DNA of 63,635 nt, counting the filler, from Octopus bimaculoides (lineage: Eukaryota): the NCBI RefSeq assembly GCF_001194135.2. It is 7 parts of 7 records of this genome, joined end to end, with 100 filler letters (N's around TTAATTAATTAA, not from the genome) between each part and the next. Parts side by side here need not be neighbours in the genome. Positions count along the whole stretch, not along the records: positions 1 to 23,071 come from NC_068984.1; positions 23,172 to 34,402 come from NC_068995.1; 5 more parts are not named here. One strand, written 5' to 3'. The translations under genes were made by a program, and so were the position numbers. A model generated the notes under the pieces. That model searched no databases, was not told the origin of the DNA, and saw only the letters and a program-made list of their open reading frames with translations. Positions within the stretch are counted from its first letter, which is position 1, and each line of letters begins with the position of its first letter. Below, in pieces: positions 12,701 to 25,290 of the stretch.

Positions 12701-14102
12701 TATATACGGCCATTCGATTCAATAATCAATAGATACCTTTGTCTAGTTTTCGCGGAATTAATGAGATATTTACTGTGTATTTTACTAATCATGAAAACAT
12801 TGGAGTGGTTATTACCAAGAGGGGAAATTTATAAAAATTCTGCAAAGTTAGTTTACATATGATGTATACATACATTCAGTGGGTGCAGGAACGGCCTAAT
12901 GATTAAGAAGTTCGCTTCGCAACCAAGAAGTTTGCGGTTCGAACCTACTGAGCGGAATCTTGTGCAAATGTGTTTGTCTATAACCTTAGGCTGCTCATTA
13001 CTTTGTGAGTAAAACTGAGTAGACGGAAACTGTATCGAAGTCCGTTGTATGAATTGTTGCACAAAGTGTCACGCTGATTCTGCTTGAGAATTACTCCAAG
13101 AGTAATCACAAGCTCCAGTTCTGTCCATCACAAGTTCCAGTTCTTGTTGCAGCGTGGTGGCTTGTGCGTCACAATAATACTAGGAGTTATGCCAGGGGTG
13201 CGCAAGCTCCTGAAAGGGCTTCCCATGCTGGACAGATCAAAGGATAGAGGGCAGACTAATAAGGGCCACTTCTTCTTAGGGGTAAAAATGGGTTTACGTA
13301 GGGTCAACAACCCTAAGTAGAAAAAAAAAAGCAAAGTTACAGAAGCATCGATGATAATTCAACAACAAAACTTGGGGGGACAACAAAGAGTTGAAAACAG
13401 TGGAGAAAAGTCGTCGGTGACCTATGCTCCATAGGGAACGAAGAAGTCAAATAAACAGATTCAGCCACTTACACGTAAGTTCAGGACTAGGTTATTCAAT
13501 TGCTCGAACAACTGAACCCTCATCGTCAAGCGACGAAGATCCACCGCCATACATACAGTCACGTAAATATGCTATTGCGACCATATTGATAAATGTACGG
13601 AGTACGTTTTGGGTTAGATTCTTTTGGAGGTAGGATTTTTGTTTGTTTGTTTTTTTTCTTGGTTTTTCATTGCCTCCTTGTCTAATTGAAACGAAAACGT
13701 TATCGTTAGACCGGGGACCTGACAATAAAAAAAAAACACATAATGACAGCTTCTAAAGCTCACACACTGAACCCATGGACCAGATAGTGACGTTAAGCAG
13801 GACAACAAATTTAGTCTACACCCAAGAATAGAAATGATGCATTCGACGGGCTTACGCACAAAATTCCTCCCGGCTAAATTTCACTCACAAGACTAAGACT
13901 TTGGTGACAACGAGCTTTCCTGTACTGCCATACAAAGGGATAGAACATGAAACCAAGTAGTTGCAAGGCTAGCTTCCTAACAACATAGTCATAGACATAA
14001 GCATACAGACATGTAGGTACTGTTATGTTACTTCAGAGATGTTTAAGTATATATTCGTATATAATTATGCTTGTCATATATAAATGCATTAAGGCGGCAG
14101 AG

Positions 14103-14405
14103 TGGAGGCGCAATGGTCCAGTGGTTAGGGCAGCGGACTCGCGGTTTCGATTCCCAGACCGGACGTTGTGTGTGTTTATTGAGCGAAAACACCTAAAGCT
14201 CCACGAGGCTCCGGCAGGGGATGGTGGCGAACCCTGCTGTACTCTTTCACCACAACTTTCTCTTACTTCCTGTTTCTGTAATTCAAAGGCTCGGCCTTGT
14301 CACACTGTGTCACGCTGAATATCCCCGAGGACTACATTAAGAGTACACGTGTCTGTGGAGTGCTCAGCCACTTGCACGTTAATTTCACGAGCAGGCTCTT
14401 CCGTT
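14103..14405 (+). mobile_element. SINE-A with small internal deletions (end in gap)
   Basis: Begins TGGAGGCGCAATGGTCCAGTGGTTAGGGCAGCGGACTCG. Confidence 0.85.
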
Positions 14406-15092
14406 NNNNNNNNNNNNNNNNNNNNNNNNNNNNNNNNNNNNNNNNNNNNNNNNNNNNNNNNNNNNNNNNNNNNNNNNNNNNNNNNNNNNNNNNNNNNNCG
14501 GACGAAATGTTTAGCAGTATTTCGTCTGTCTTTACGTTCTGAGTTCAAATTCCGCCAAGGTCGACTTTGCCTTTCATTCTTTCGGGGTCGATAAATTAAG
14601 TAACAGTTGCGTACTGGGGTCGATCTAATCGACTGACCCCCTCTCCAAAAATTTCGGGCCTTGTGCCTAGAGTAGAAAAGAAAAATGCTTAGAGGCATCT
14701 CGTCCGCCTGTACGTTCAGAGTTCATATTCTGACGAGGTTGACTTTGCTTTGCCTTTCATCCTTTCGAGGTCGATAAAATAAGTACCAGTTGGGGACTGG
14801 GTGTCGATGTAATCGACTTAGCCCCTCCCCCGAACTTACTGGCCTTGTGCCAAAATTTGAAACCAATATACAAATACATTCATATTTATATATGTACATA
14901 GAAAGCATATTTGTTTCGGCCATTGGATTGTGGCCATGCTGGGGCACCGCCTTGAAGGATTTTAGTAGAACGAATCGACCACAGTATTTAATTTTTCTTT
15001 TTCAAAGCATAGAACTTATTCTATCGGATAGTTTTGCCGAACCGCTAAGTTAGGAGGACGTAAACAAACCAACAGACACACACAGAGATATG

Positions 15093-15137
<45 letters not shown>

Positions 15138-15613
15138 GACGGTTTTCTTTTAGTTTTCCTCTACCAAATTCACACGGCTTTGGGTGGCCCGGGGCTATAG
15201 CAGAAGTCACTTGCCCTTCAATTACCTTAGTAGTTTTTGCATTTAAATCAATTATTTAATCCCTGTTATATCTAGCTATCTCTCAAATCAATACTTCAGC
15301 TAACACATGCCACTCAGTCAATATCTATTTATTTATCTATGCCCGTACAAACTTGAAGACTATATTTAATATTAATATTAACAGCTTGCCTACAGATATT
15401 GATTTACTTATTGGGTATAAAAAAAAAAATAAACACGCAAGAGCAAAAAAGTGTGTGACATCCGTGTTTTTGTCAAGGACATCTGGCATATAACTTAAGT
15501 GTGGAATTACTCGTATATTATCATATAGATAGCAGCTTTCGAACTCGTTTGCGAAAGGGGTTTTCCATAGTAACCCAAGGTGCTCGTGACATTCCTATAC
15601 ATCAATATATGTA

Positions 15614-15851
15614 CACTAATCCCACGCCATATCGCGGTTCGTCTATCGCGATTCACCTATCGCGGTTTATTATTTAAGCTTACATCGATTCCTCCGTGGT
15701 GTTGTTTTGCATTTACGATAAAATAAATATATACAAATTATAAAAGCAATGAAAAAAACATACACAGTTCCGTACTGTTTCAACTTCGCGGATTTTCACC
15801 TATCGCGGTGAGTTTTGAAACGTAACACCCGCGATAGTCGAGGAATTACTG
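15614..15851. mobile_element. pogo/Tigger-like MITE with TA TSD
   Basis: TA|CACTAATCCC ... GGAATTACTG|TA with internal CTATCGCGG repeats; second copy at 54621-54838. Confidence 0.8.
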
Positions 15852-17120
15852 TATCTGCTTTATCTGTTGCTTTGATTTAGCCATTGAACTATGGCTATGC
15901 TGGAGCACCGCTTTGAAAGGTTTCAGTCAAACAAAACGATCCCAGTCCTTACTCGTGAATCTGGNNNNNNNNNNNNNNNNNNNNNNNNNNNNNNNNNNNN
16001 NNNNNNNNNNNNNNNNNNNNNNNNNNNNNNNNNNNNNNNNNNNNNNNNNNNNNNNNNNNNNNNNNNNNNNNNNNNNNNNNNNNNNNNNNNNNNNNNNNNN
16101 NNNNNNNNNNNNNNNNNNNNNNNNNNNNNNNNNNNNNNNNNNNNNNNNNNNNNNNNNNNNNNNNNNNNNNNNNNNNNNNNNNNNNNNNNNNNNNNNNNNN
16201 NNNNNNNNNNNNNNNNNNNNNNNNNNNNNNNNNNNNNNNNNNNNNNNNNNNNNNNNNNNNNNNNNNNNNNNNNNNNNNNNNNNNNNNNNNNNNNNNNNNN
16301 NNNNNNNNNNNNNNNNNNNNNNNNNNNNNNNNNNNNNNNNNNNNNNNNNNNNNNNNNNNNNNNNNNNNNNNNNNNNNNNNNNNNNNNNNNNNNNNNNNNN
16401 NNNNNNNNNNNNNNNNNNNNNNNNNNNNNNNNNNNNNNNNNNNNNNNNNNNNATGTGTGTATGTATGTATGTATGTATGTATGTATGTTTCTTCTGTATT
16501 CATTGAAATTCTTCGTCTGAAGAAGGTTTCTAACAAAGATACAAAGTTCCATCTTTGGAATGTAGATAAAACAATGTCACATTTTAAACTTGAGAAAAGT
16601 CTTACAAAGTTTTACTTTTCCGCTTAAAGATTGTATCTGTAATGTGCGAATCGGTTGATTTCTTGTAAGTATGTGTGAATGTATGCATGCATGTATGTAT
16701 GTATGTATGCATGTATGTATGCATGCATGTATGTATGTATGTATGTATGTATGTATGTATGTATGTATGCATGTACGTATGTATGTATAGGCACTGGAAA
16801 TGACAAGCCAACACGTTCTCTGGTACTGTTACGGCATCACAGCATACAAAATATTTATGCAAACAAACATTTGCGTGCATATCTGATCGATTTGGGGGAG
16901 AAAGAGAGAGAAAAAACAAATACCACAGAAATAGAAGCGGGACAAGACCAACACGGAGTAGAAACAAACCCCGCAAGGGAAACCTCATATTGCTCCAAAC
17001 GCTCGTATGAGCACTTACTTGGACTACTGTCATGCTCGGATATAGTCTTGAAGGATTTTGTCCAGTGGTTGTCACCCATATTTTACTTATAGCTCCCTTT
17101 CGTTCATATTTTACTCCTCT

Positions 17121-17800
17121 AGGCGTAGGAGTGGCTGTGTGGTAAGTAGCTTGCTTACAAACCACATGGTTTCGGGTTCAGTCCCACTGCGTGGCACCTT
17201 GGGCAAGTGTCTTCTACTATAGCCTCGGGCCGACCAAAGCCTTGTGAGTGGATTTGGTAGACGGAAACTGAAAGAAGCCCGTCGTATATATGTATATATA
17301 TATATATNNNNNNNNNNNNNNNNNNNNNNNNNNNNNNNNNNNNNNNNNNNNNNNNNNNNNNNNNNNNNNNNNNNNNNNNNNNNNNNNNNNNNNNNNNNNN
17401 NNNNNNNNNNNNNNNNNNNNNNNNNNNNNNNNNNNNNNNNNNNNNNNNNNNNNNNNNNNNNNNNNNNNNNNNNNNNNNNNNNNNNNNNNNNNNNNNNNNN
17501 NNNNNNNNNNNNNNNNNNNNNNNNNNNNNNNNNNNNNNNNNNNNNNNNNNNNNNNNNNNNNNNNNNNNNNNNNNNNNTGTGTGTGTGTGTGTGTGTTTGT
17601 TTGTGTCTGTGTTTGTCCCCCCACAATCGCTTGACGACCGATGCTGGTGTGTTTACGTCCCCGTAACTTAGCGGTTTGGCAAAAAGAGACCGATAGAATA
17701 AGTACTAGGCTTGCAAAGAATAAGTCTTGAGGTCGATTTGTTCGACAAAAAGGCAGTGCTCCAGCATGGCCGCAGTCAAATGACTGAAACAAGTAAAAGA
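17121..17800 (+). mobile_element. SINE-B (tRNA-like head, internal (TA)n/(TG)n microsatellite), representative full copy spanning a gap
   Basis: GGAGTGGCTGTGTGGTAAGTAGC ... GGGTTCAGTCCC head and ... CAGTCAAATGACTGAAACAAGTAAAAGA tail. Other full or partial copies at about 411-630(-), 2031-2470(+), 7890-8047(-), 8780-9120(-), 10863-11190(-), 12870-13050(+), 14900-15215(-), 18371-18775(+), 18787-18940(-), 27052-27532(-, two), 29015-29170(+), 30182-30870(+, two), 50138-50260(-), 52130-52320(-), 58207-58378(+). Confidence 0.85.
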
Positions 17801-17936
17801 GAGAGAGTACTGGACACCCCACTCCTCATAGACATTCAATGTTTTTGAAAGACCCTATTATATTTTTATAATCAAATATTATTGGAAATTGTATAAGAAA
17901 AAATTGTTGAAATATTTTGTATATTGCAGATAAATG

Positions 17937-18165
17937 TTAACCCTTTAGCATTCAGAATACTCTCGCCAAATGTAATGCTTATTTATTCACATTGTTGTGA
18001 ATTAGTTATGCATTACCTGGTAGCTTTGGGATTTTGATGACTTGATTGCTTATTTTTAGAATAGTATTGTCGGTAAGTGAGAGAAGCCGGATCTGGCCAG
18101 TTTGAAGGTAAAAAGATATAAATTATTTTGGCCGGATATGGCCGATTTAAATGCCAAAGGGATGA
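17937..18165. mobile_element. Degenerate TTAA-type MITE
   Basis: Left end TTAACCCTTTAGCATT; decayed right end AATGCCAAAGGGA. Confidence 0.55.
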
Positions 18166-19097
18166 AAACAAAACCTTAAATGGACTCCTAAGGGACATGT
18201 GGACCCTGGATGAGAACCATTACTTTAGTCGAAGAAATCGACTCCAGTACATATTTTTTAATCTGATACTAATTCTAGGGGTACATAAACGAACCAACAC
18301 CGGTTGACAGGTGATGGTAGGGAACAAGCATAAACATAAAAGCACGCGCACATACACATATACACATTTAGGCGTGGATGTGTGGTATGAAGTTTGCTGC
18401 TCAGCCATATAGTTCCGGGTTCAGTCCCACTGCGTGTCACCTTGGGCAAGTGTCTTCTACTATAGCCTCAAGCCGACCAAAGCCTTGAGTGGATTTGGTA
18501 GACGGAAACTGAAAGAAACCCGTCCTATATATATAAGTGTGTGTGAGGTGTATATGTGTCTATGTGTGTGTGTGTCTGTCTCTGTTTTTGTCCCTCTCCA
18601 CCGCTTGGCAACTGGTTTGGTGCGTTTATGTCCCCGTAATGTAGCAGTTCGGCAAAAGGAATCGATAGAATAAGTGCCAGTCTTTAAAAAAGAAGTAAAA
18701 AACAAAAAGACTAAATCTTTTCAAGGCGGCGACTCAGCATGACTGCAGCCTAATGACTGAAACAAACTGAAGACGAAAGATATATACGACGGGCTTCCAC
18801 ACAGTTTTCGTCTGCCAAATTCACTGACGTTGTTTGGCCCAGAGCTATAGCAGAAGATACTTGTCCAAAGTGCTGCGCAATAAGACTGACCGCGAAACCT
18901 CGTGGTTGCAAAACTAGCTTCTTAACAATACAGCCACATGTTGTTGTTGTTTTGTTGCTGTTATTTAACCCTAGGTTAACTTTGATCGAGCAATCTTACG
19001 ACTAAAAGTATTCCAATCGTAACCATCACGATGTTTTTAAAGGCTTTGGGGTCTGCAAAGATTATGTAATGCGTTCTTCTTTTTCAAGAAGGCAGGG

Positions 19098-19455
19098 TGT
19101 GATTCGCGGGAGATTTGGTTGCTATTTACAGCGGGTCGAGCAGCCACATAGAGGCACGGTCCTCTTTGTTTCAAAACGTAAACATGTAAACACTTCCCTG
19201 TCGAGAAACCTTACATACCACGTACAAACCATATTGTTAGATCTGCTAGAAATAGAAGTCAAGCCACCTCCAAATCTCATCCACTGTCTTTAGATCTGCT
19301 AGAAATAGAAATCAAGCCACCTCCAAATCTCATCCACTCTGTCTTTAGATCTAGAAATAGAAGCCAAACCACCTCAAAATCTCATCCACTTTGTCTTTAG
19401 ATCTACTAGACACAGAAGCCAAATTACCTCCAAATCTCATCCAATCTGTCCTTAA
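19098..19455. mobile_element. Short foldback element with about 4 tandem copies (50-55 bp) of its right terminal repeat
   Basis: Left GTGATTCGCGGGAGATTTGGTTGCTATTTACAGC is inverted relative to the repeated TTAGATCTGCTAGAAATAGAAGTCAAGCCACCTCCAAATCTCATCCAC units (19235-19450). Related ends occur near 905, 23310, 24830, 28010 and 57320. Confidence 0.6.
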
Positions 19456-20204
19456 AAAGAGGACATTTTGGTTAAAATGCTGAATAATCCTATTGTACTA
19501 TAGGTACAAGGCCTGAAATTTGAGGGAGGGGATTAGTCGATTACATCGACCCAGTGTTTCACTGGTACTTAATTTACCGACCCTGAAAGGGTGAAAGGCG
19601 AAGTCGACCCCAGAGGAATTTGAACTCAGAACGTAGTGACGGACGAAATGCCGCTAACGACTCTACCAGCTCGCCACCTTCCTTAGATAATAAAAATAAC
19701 ACAAGTTTTAAAAAGTGTCTCTAAGATCTAGAGCATTATAATTACAATGGTTTCTAATTTAGGCCCAGGACCAGCAATTTTGAGTGGAGGGGCTGTCAGT
19801 CGATATCATCGACGTCAATAATTGAAAGGGGCTTTATTTTATGAATCTCGAAAGAAAGAAAAGCTAAGTCGACTCCAGTGGGATTTGAACTCAAATCGTA
19901 AAAAAAGCAGGTGCGAAAACTGCAAGGCATTTTTCCGACGCTCTACCGATCCTGTCAATCCACCGCCCTTAATGATTTTCTAATTTAGGATCAAGGCGAG
20001 TGGTTTTGAGAGGAAGAGGTGAGTCGATGCCACCGACACGGGTATTTCGTGTGTCCTTTTTTTTTCATTATTATTTTGGCCCCGATGAGGATGAAGAAGG
20101 GGTGGGGTTGTTCTCAGTAGCAGGATTCGAACTCGAGACGTAATGCATCATGATATCTAAATAACGCAAGGCATTTTATCCATATGGACTCTGCCTAGCT
20201 ACCA

Positions 20205-20375
20205 ACACCAACACCACCACCACCACCAAGAAGAAGAAGAAGAAGAAGAAGAAGAAGAAGAAGAAGAAGAAGAAGAAGAAGAAGAAGAAGAAGAAGAAGA
20301 AGAAGAAGACGACGATGGTGATTATGACGATGATGATGATGATGACGACAACGTCGATGATGATGATGATGATAA
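20205..20375. repeat. (CCA)n-(GAA)n-(GAT)n compound microsatellite
   Basis: Directly visible. Confidence 0.95.
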
Positions 20376-21714
20376 CCAGCCCAGCAAGGCAATAATCAAA
20401 CAGCTCCAACGATAAACAGATGCTTGTTGTTGGTGAGACACAGGTCAGGTCAGGCCCGAATGGACGGCGTGTTGGTGCGAGCAGGTAAGTCGACCAAACG
20501 TCTAGGTGCGACCCACAACCCTAGTATGCCAAAAACTACAAACAACCAACCACTACTGTTTTATAAAAAATGTATGTGTGAGTGAATATGCGTGCGTACG
20601 TATGTATGTACGTACGTATGTATGTATAAGCTCTATATATATATGTGTATGCGTACATATGTATGTATTATATGTATGTATATTTGTATAAGCTATATAT
20701 ATGTGTGCGTGCATATCTATGTATGTATGTATGTATGTATTATAATATGTATATATATTTGTATAAGCTAAATATATGTGTGTGCGTAGATATGCATGTA
20801 TGTATTATAATATCTATGTATATTTGTATAAGCTGTGTGTGTGTGTGTATGTGTGTGCTTGTATGCTAGTTATAGATAGATAGATGGATAGATACATACA
20901 TACATATATACAATATTAATATAGTGTGTGTGTATGTATGTGCGTGTGTGTGTGTGTGCGTATTTGTGTGTGTGCGCGTGCGTGCGCGTGTGTACGTGTT
21001 ATATCATGCAAACAACAATATACCTACAAACTTTGAGATGCTTTCAGATTCGTGTACTGCATCTTTATAAAAGAGTAAATGCCTTGTATGAACAGGAGTG
21101 CACACGCACGCACGCACGCGCGCGCGCACGCACACACGCGCACACACGCACGCACGCACGCACGCACGTACGCGCACACACAGACACAAACACACGCACA
21201 TAAAACCACACATACGCAAAAATATTTTTAACACATTTTTCTTTTAATATTTGCATAATATACAAAATATTTGGAACTGGATTCAAAAATTCAATCAACA
21301 TTGGTTTTCATCTCATAGAATTATTTGACAGAACTAAGAACACTTTTGCCTTTTTTATTTATTTATTTATTCATTTAGTTATTTATTTTTTGCGAATTGC
21401 ATCCTCGTTTGTAGAATGAGAGCAATTTCTATTAGGAAACGTATGTACAAAAATATATAATTAGTGACTGATGTAAGTGCATGTGTATGTGTTTATTCAT
21501 ATATACATATGTGTATGTGTGTGCATGTTTATATACGCATATATAGATAGATATGTAGATAGGTATGTGCATATATCTGTGCGTATTGGTATATATTATT
21601 TATATATTCTATAGGACATGCATGAGTATATATCTGCGTTTGTGTGTGCATGTTTGTATGTGTGTATTGAGTGATATGTTTATATACATATATATATATA
21701 CACATACACACAGA

Positions 21715-21803
<89 letters not shown>

Positions 21804-21903
21804 ATATATATATATATTACATATGTTATACACACATATACACCTGAGCCCGGTACATGAGTTCATAGTTATATTATATAATAAATATAAATTCTTGATA
21901 GAC

Positions 21904-21955
<52 letters not shown>

Positions 21956-22173
21956 TATACCGAAAATAAACCAATATGTGTGGGGGGGGTGCGTGCATGC
22001 GTGTGTGTGTAGAGAGAGACACGCACAAATTGTATACGCACACGTACAGTAAGAGACTATATATTATAAATCATATATGCAAATATTAGATAAGCGAATA
22101 AGCGAGAGAAAGAAAAAGACGACGAAGAAGACGATAAATATGAAGAACAGTAAGTGTATGAAAAATATCTTAC

Positions 22174-22261
22174 ATGAAACTGCATAATCTGCATAACTGC
22201 TATCGTTCACGGCTATCAAGACGGTATCCTTGGGATATTTTGGTTGAAACTTATTTGCCAT
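22174..22261 (-). CDS. First coding exon of a probable universal stress protein (USP/UspA-like) gene; downstream exons not found
   Basis: ACC-ATG-G start, 88 nt encoding MANKFQPKYPKDTVLIAVNDSSYADYAVS plus 1 nt, then a canonical donor T|GTAAGA (phase 1). TVLIAVNDSSYADYAVS fits the USP N-terminal beta1-alpha1 motif (V-L-I-A-V-D-x-S-x-x-S/A-x-x-A-x-x-W) from family knowledge; T+GG would supply the conserved Trp. Confidence 0.7.
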
Positions 22262-23115
22262 GGTAAAATGGTCACGGTTAGGCGGTTCTGGTCAATTTAC
22301 TACCCTATTTAATTTTGTAGTCTATCGGATTTCCTTCTTTTAATCCACTTTGGTTTTATTATGAAGTGTATCGCACGACGACTAGTTGCGATTTTCCCTC
22401 CTCTCGGTTGTACAAGTCTACTTATGTTTTATGCGTGTGTACGTATGTGAGCGCACGGCGCGCGAGTATGCGTACGCCTCTATATATATGTGTGTGTGTG
22501 TGTGCGTGTGTGTATCTGTATGTATGTATGTATGTGTTTATATTTATATATGTGCGTGTGTGTATATGTTTGTGTATAAATATGTGTGTTCAGTTCAGTC
22601 TCTGACAAGCAAGCAACTCGTCCCTCACTTCGTTGCTTCTAACTTCTTTTTCTCTCATTCACTTCGAGCAAGAGTTTTGTTTTCGAAACCCCAGTAAAAG
22701 CCATGCGTTCTCTCTCTCTCTCTCTCTCTCTCTCTTACTCTTTCTCTTTCCCTCTCTCTTTCTCTCTCTCCCTCTCTTACCTACGCTCTCTTTCTCTCCT
22801 TCTCAATAGCTTACCCACTCACTGCTTCTCTCTCTCGTTTTTCATTCTCTTGTCATTACCTTTTATAAAATTTCCTCTTTGTCTTCGCTCCTCATCTATT
22901 ACGTTACTACTTACGCTATCACCACCACCACCACCACCACCATCACCACCGTCTCCGCTGCACTCTACTTGTTTACCTCTCGCTTTTGGCGTCTTTAACC
23001 TCTTACGTTACCATAAATCTCTCTTTTCTTTTTATGAAATCAATCTCTCTACTTATCTCTCCACCTATCTCNNNNNNNNNNNNNNNNNNNNNNNNNNNNN
23101 NNNNNNNNNNNNNNN

Positions 23116-23127
23116 TTAATTAATTAA
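23116..23127. other. TTAATTAATTAA assembly spacer inside a 100-bp gap (also 34447, 40283, 49936, 58151, 61982)
   Basis: Identical 12-mer with stops in all six frames, centred in N runs, six times. Confidence 0.95.
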
Positions 23128-23366
23128 NNNNNNNNNNNNNNNNNNNNNNNNNNNNNNNNNNNNNNNNNNNNGATCGATACGACTTATTATGCAAAGCAGT
23201 TCCTGCTGCAATCATTCTACTTTCCAGTTTCATTCGTTATAATACTTAGAACTACATTAAATATTCTGATTTGTGTGTGTGTGGGGGGGGGGGTGTATTT
23301 TAGTCGATTATGTTATTTGAGGGTGAATCGGCAGCTTTTTTTTAGCAGGCTGAGCACCACGTAGAG

Positions 23367-23536
23367 CAGTAGTCTCCAAAGTGGTCGATATCGACCCCTG
23401 GGGTTCGATGGGAATATTCAAGAGGTCGATAAATGCACACCTACTTATTTCGTTTCTTGTACATGCCTGGAGGTCGATGAGGGGGTCAAGGATTCCATGA
23501 AGGGGGTCGATGGTCTAAAAAGTTTGGGGACCCCTT
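23367..23536. mobile_element. hAT-type MITE
   Basis: CAGTAGTCTCCAAA ... TTTGGGGACCCCTT imperfect TIRs; 8-bp flanks ACGTAGAG / ATGTAGGG (6/8 match). Confidence 0.7.
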
Positions 23537-25045
23537 ATGTAGGGGCTTCTTACGTTTTGTGAGTGTGCGTGCGCGCGTGAGTATTTATTAGTTATCCTCT
23601 TTTGTCTTGTGTATTGTTTGAATTAACCCCTGTCTACCTTAACTTGCTTTTTTCCCAGCTTTGTGTGTGTGTGTGTGTGTGTGTATGTAAGTAAGAGAAC
23701 TCTTTCTCCATTATGTTTGTCTTATGCCATGTTGCCCGTATTCCAGCACCAGATGTATTTTTTCCACCCTACACTCTTTTTGCGGTAGGGGAAGGTCACG
23801 TTACAACTTGTTTGATCACACACACACAGAAGAGAGAGATAGGCAGATAAATAGATGAAGATGGCTATAGCTGGATAAGTAGATGTGGGGAGAGATAGTG
23901 ACTGATGGAGAAATATAGATATCTAGAGAGATATATATATGGACACAAGAGATATAGAGAGATTGATAGATGGAGAAACGGGTGGAGACAGTGAGAGGGG
24001 ACAAACGAAAGAAAGAGACGCGTAAATATGCAGTGAAGAAGTAAGTGAAGGTATGTATATAAACACGAAAGGGGTAGCTTGCCCCCCCCCCCCTAATTTT
24101 TTTCTTGAAGCCAAGAAGATAAACAGAGCCTTGAAGGAGGGGCGGGACTATTTTGTTTCCCTTTGGGTTCATTCAGTGCAAAGGTTTGCACTCTGTGCTC
24201 TAAGCTGCTCCTTGCTTCAAGATGTTTCTCCTTAACCTTGGCCACCGTCAACCCTTCGCTACCGCCCCGAAACTGCGCTACCTAAAATAATCCTAGAATC
24301 AACCTGATTTTTAAGGGCACCATAGGAAATGGTGAGGGGTAGAAAAATAGCAAAACCGGGGGCTCGATCGTCTATATCAACATAGTAAGGTGTAAAATAT
24401 AATAAGCTTACACTCTTTTTACATTTTACATCGTATAAAACATATTTAGCCTAATTCACAGCGTTTGCTGTATTTGTTTTTATATGCGAAACAGAAATTT
24501 ATTTATTCATATGCTGTAAGTTGTCATCAATGATTTTCTCGCCGCTTGTTTATTGTCAAATCTAGGTGACGCTGTGTATTTTCTCGAGTCGTCTGCCTAG
24601 CTTTCTATAGCCAAGATGATGAAGATTTTTTCTGCGAGAATCATATCATTATTCCTGCACTTGTTGAACACGTGTTTCTTCCTGAGGTAGTGGTGTTCAT
24701 ACTTAAATTGAGTTTGTTGTTGTTTAGCACCAAGTTATTATCATGGAGCAAGTTGAGTTAGGGCTTAAGGCTTTCCAGTTATAACTGTTCCGATTTCTGT
24801 ATTCATTCGTTATTTAAAACTATAGGTTGTAATTTGAGAGTAACCTGGGTGCTATTTCTAGTAGATGCTGCGAACACGTAGTATCTTTCTCTCTGTTTCG
24901 TTTCCGTATGTTTACTTATCCTGGTTTGTTGTAGAAGTTAGGATGCACTGGATATTGTGGACCCCAAGGTAATCAACGTGATCATAGGACTGATCTAGGG
25001 TTAAACAACTGCAACATGTTAGCTTCCAGTTAGCAAGGTATTCCA

Positions 25046-25290
25046 TTAAAGGTTTGTCTTCTCTCTTCCTCTCCTCTCTCTCTTCCTCTCCTCTCTCTCT
25101 TCCTCTCCTCTCTCTCTTCCTCTCCTCTCTCTCTTCCTCTCCTCTCTCTCTTCCTCTTCCTCTCTCCTTCTCTCCCTCTCTCCTCTTCACCCCTTTCTCT
25201 TCCTGTCTCTCTCCTCTCCCCTTTCTCTTCCTCTCTCCTCTTCACCCCTTTCTCTTCCTCTCTCTCTCTCTTCCTCTCTCTCTTCTTCTC
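25046..25290. repeat. Almost pure polypyrimidine (CT/CCT) tract, continuing into a gap
   Basis: Directly visible. Confidence 0.95.

Noticed and set aside
13424-13633. ORF with PPPY motif and a downstream GTAGGA donor
   Set aside because: No convincing acceptor or homology; overlapping antisense ORFs are equally open.
20310-20490. Acidic exon ending at CAG|GTAAGT (20484)
   Set aside because: The acidic stretch is microsatellite and is closed by a stop before the donor.
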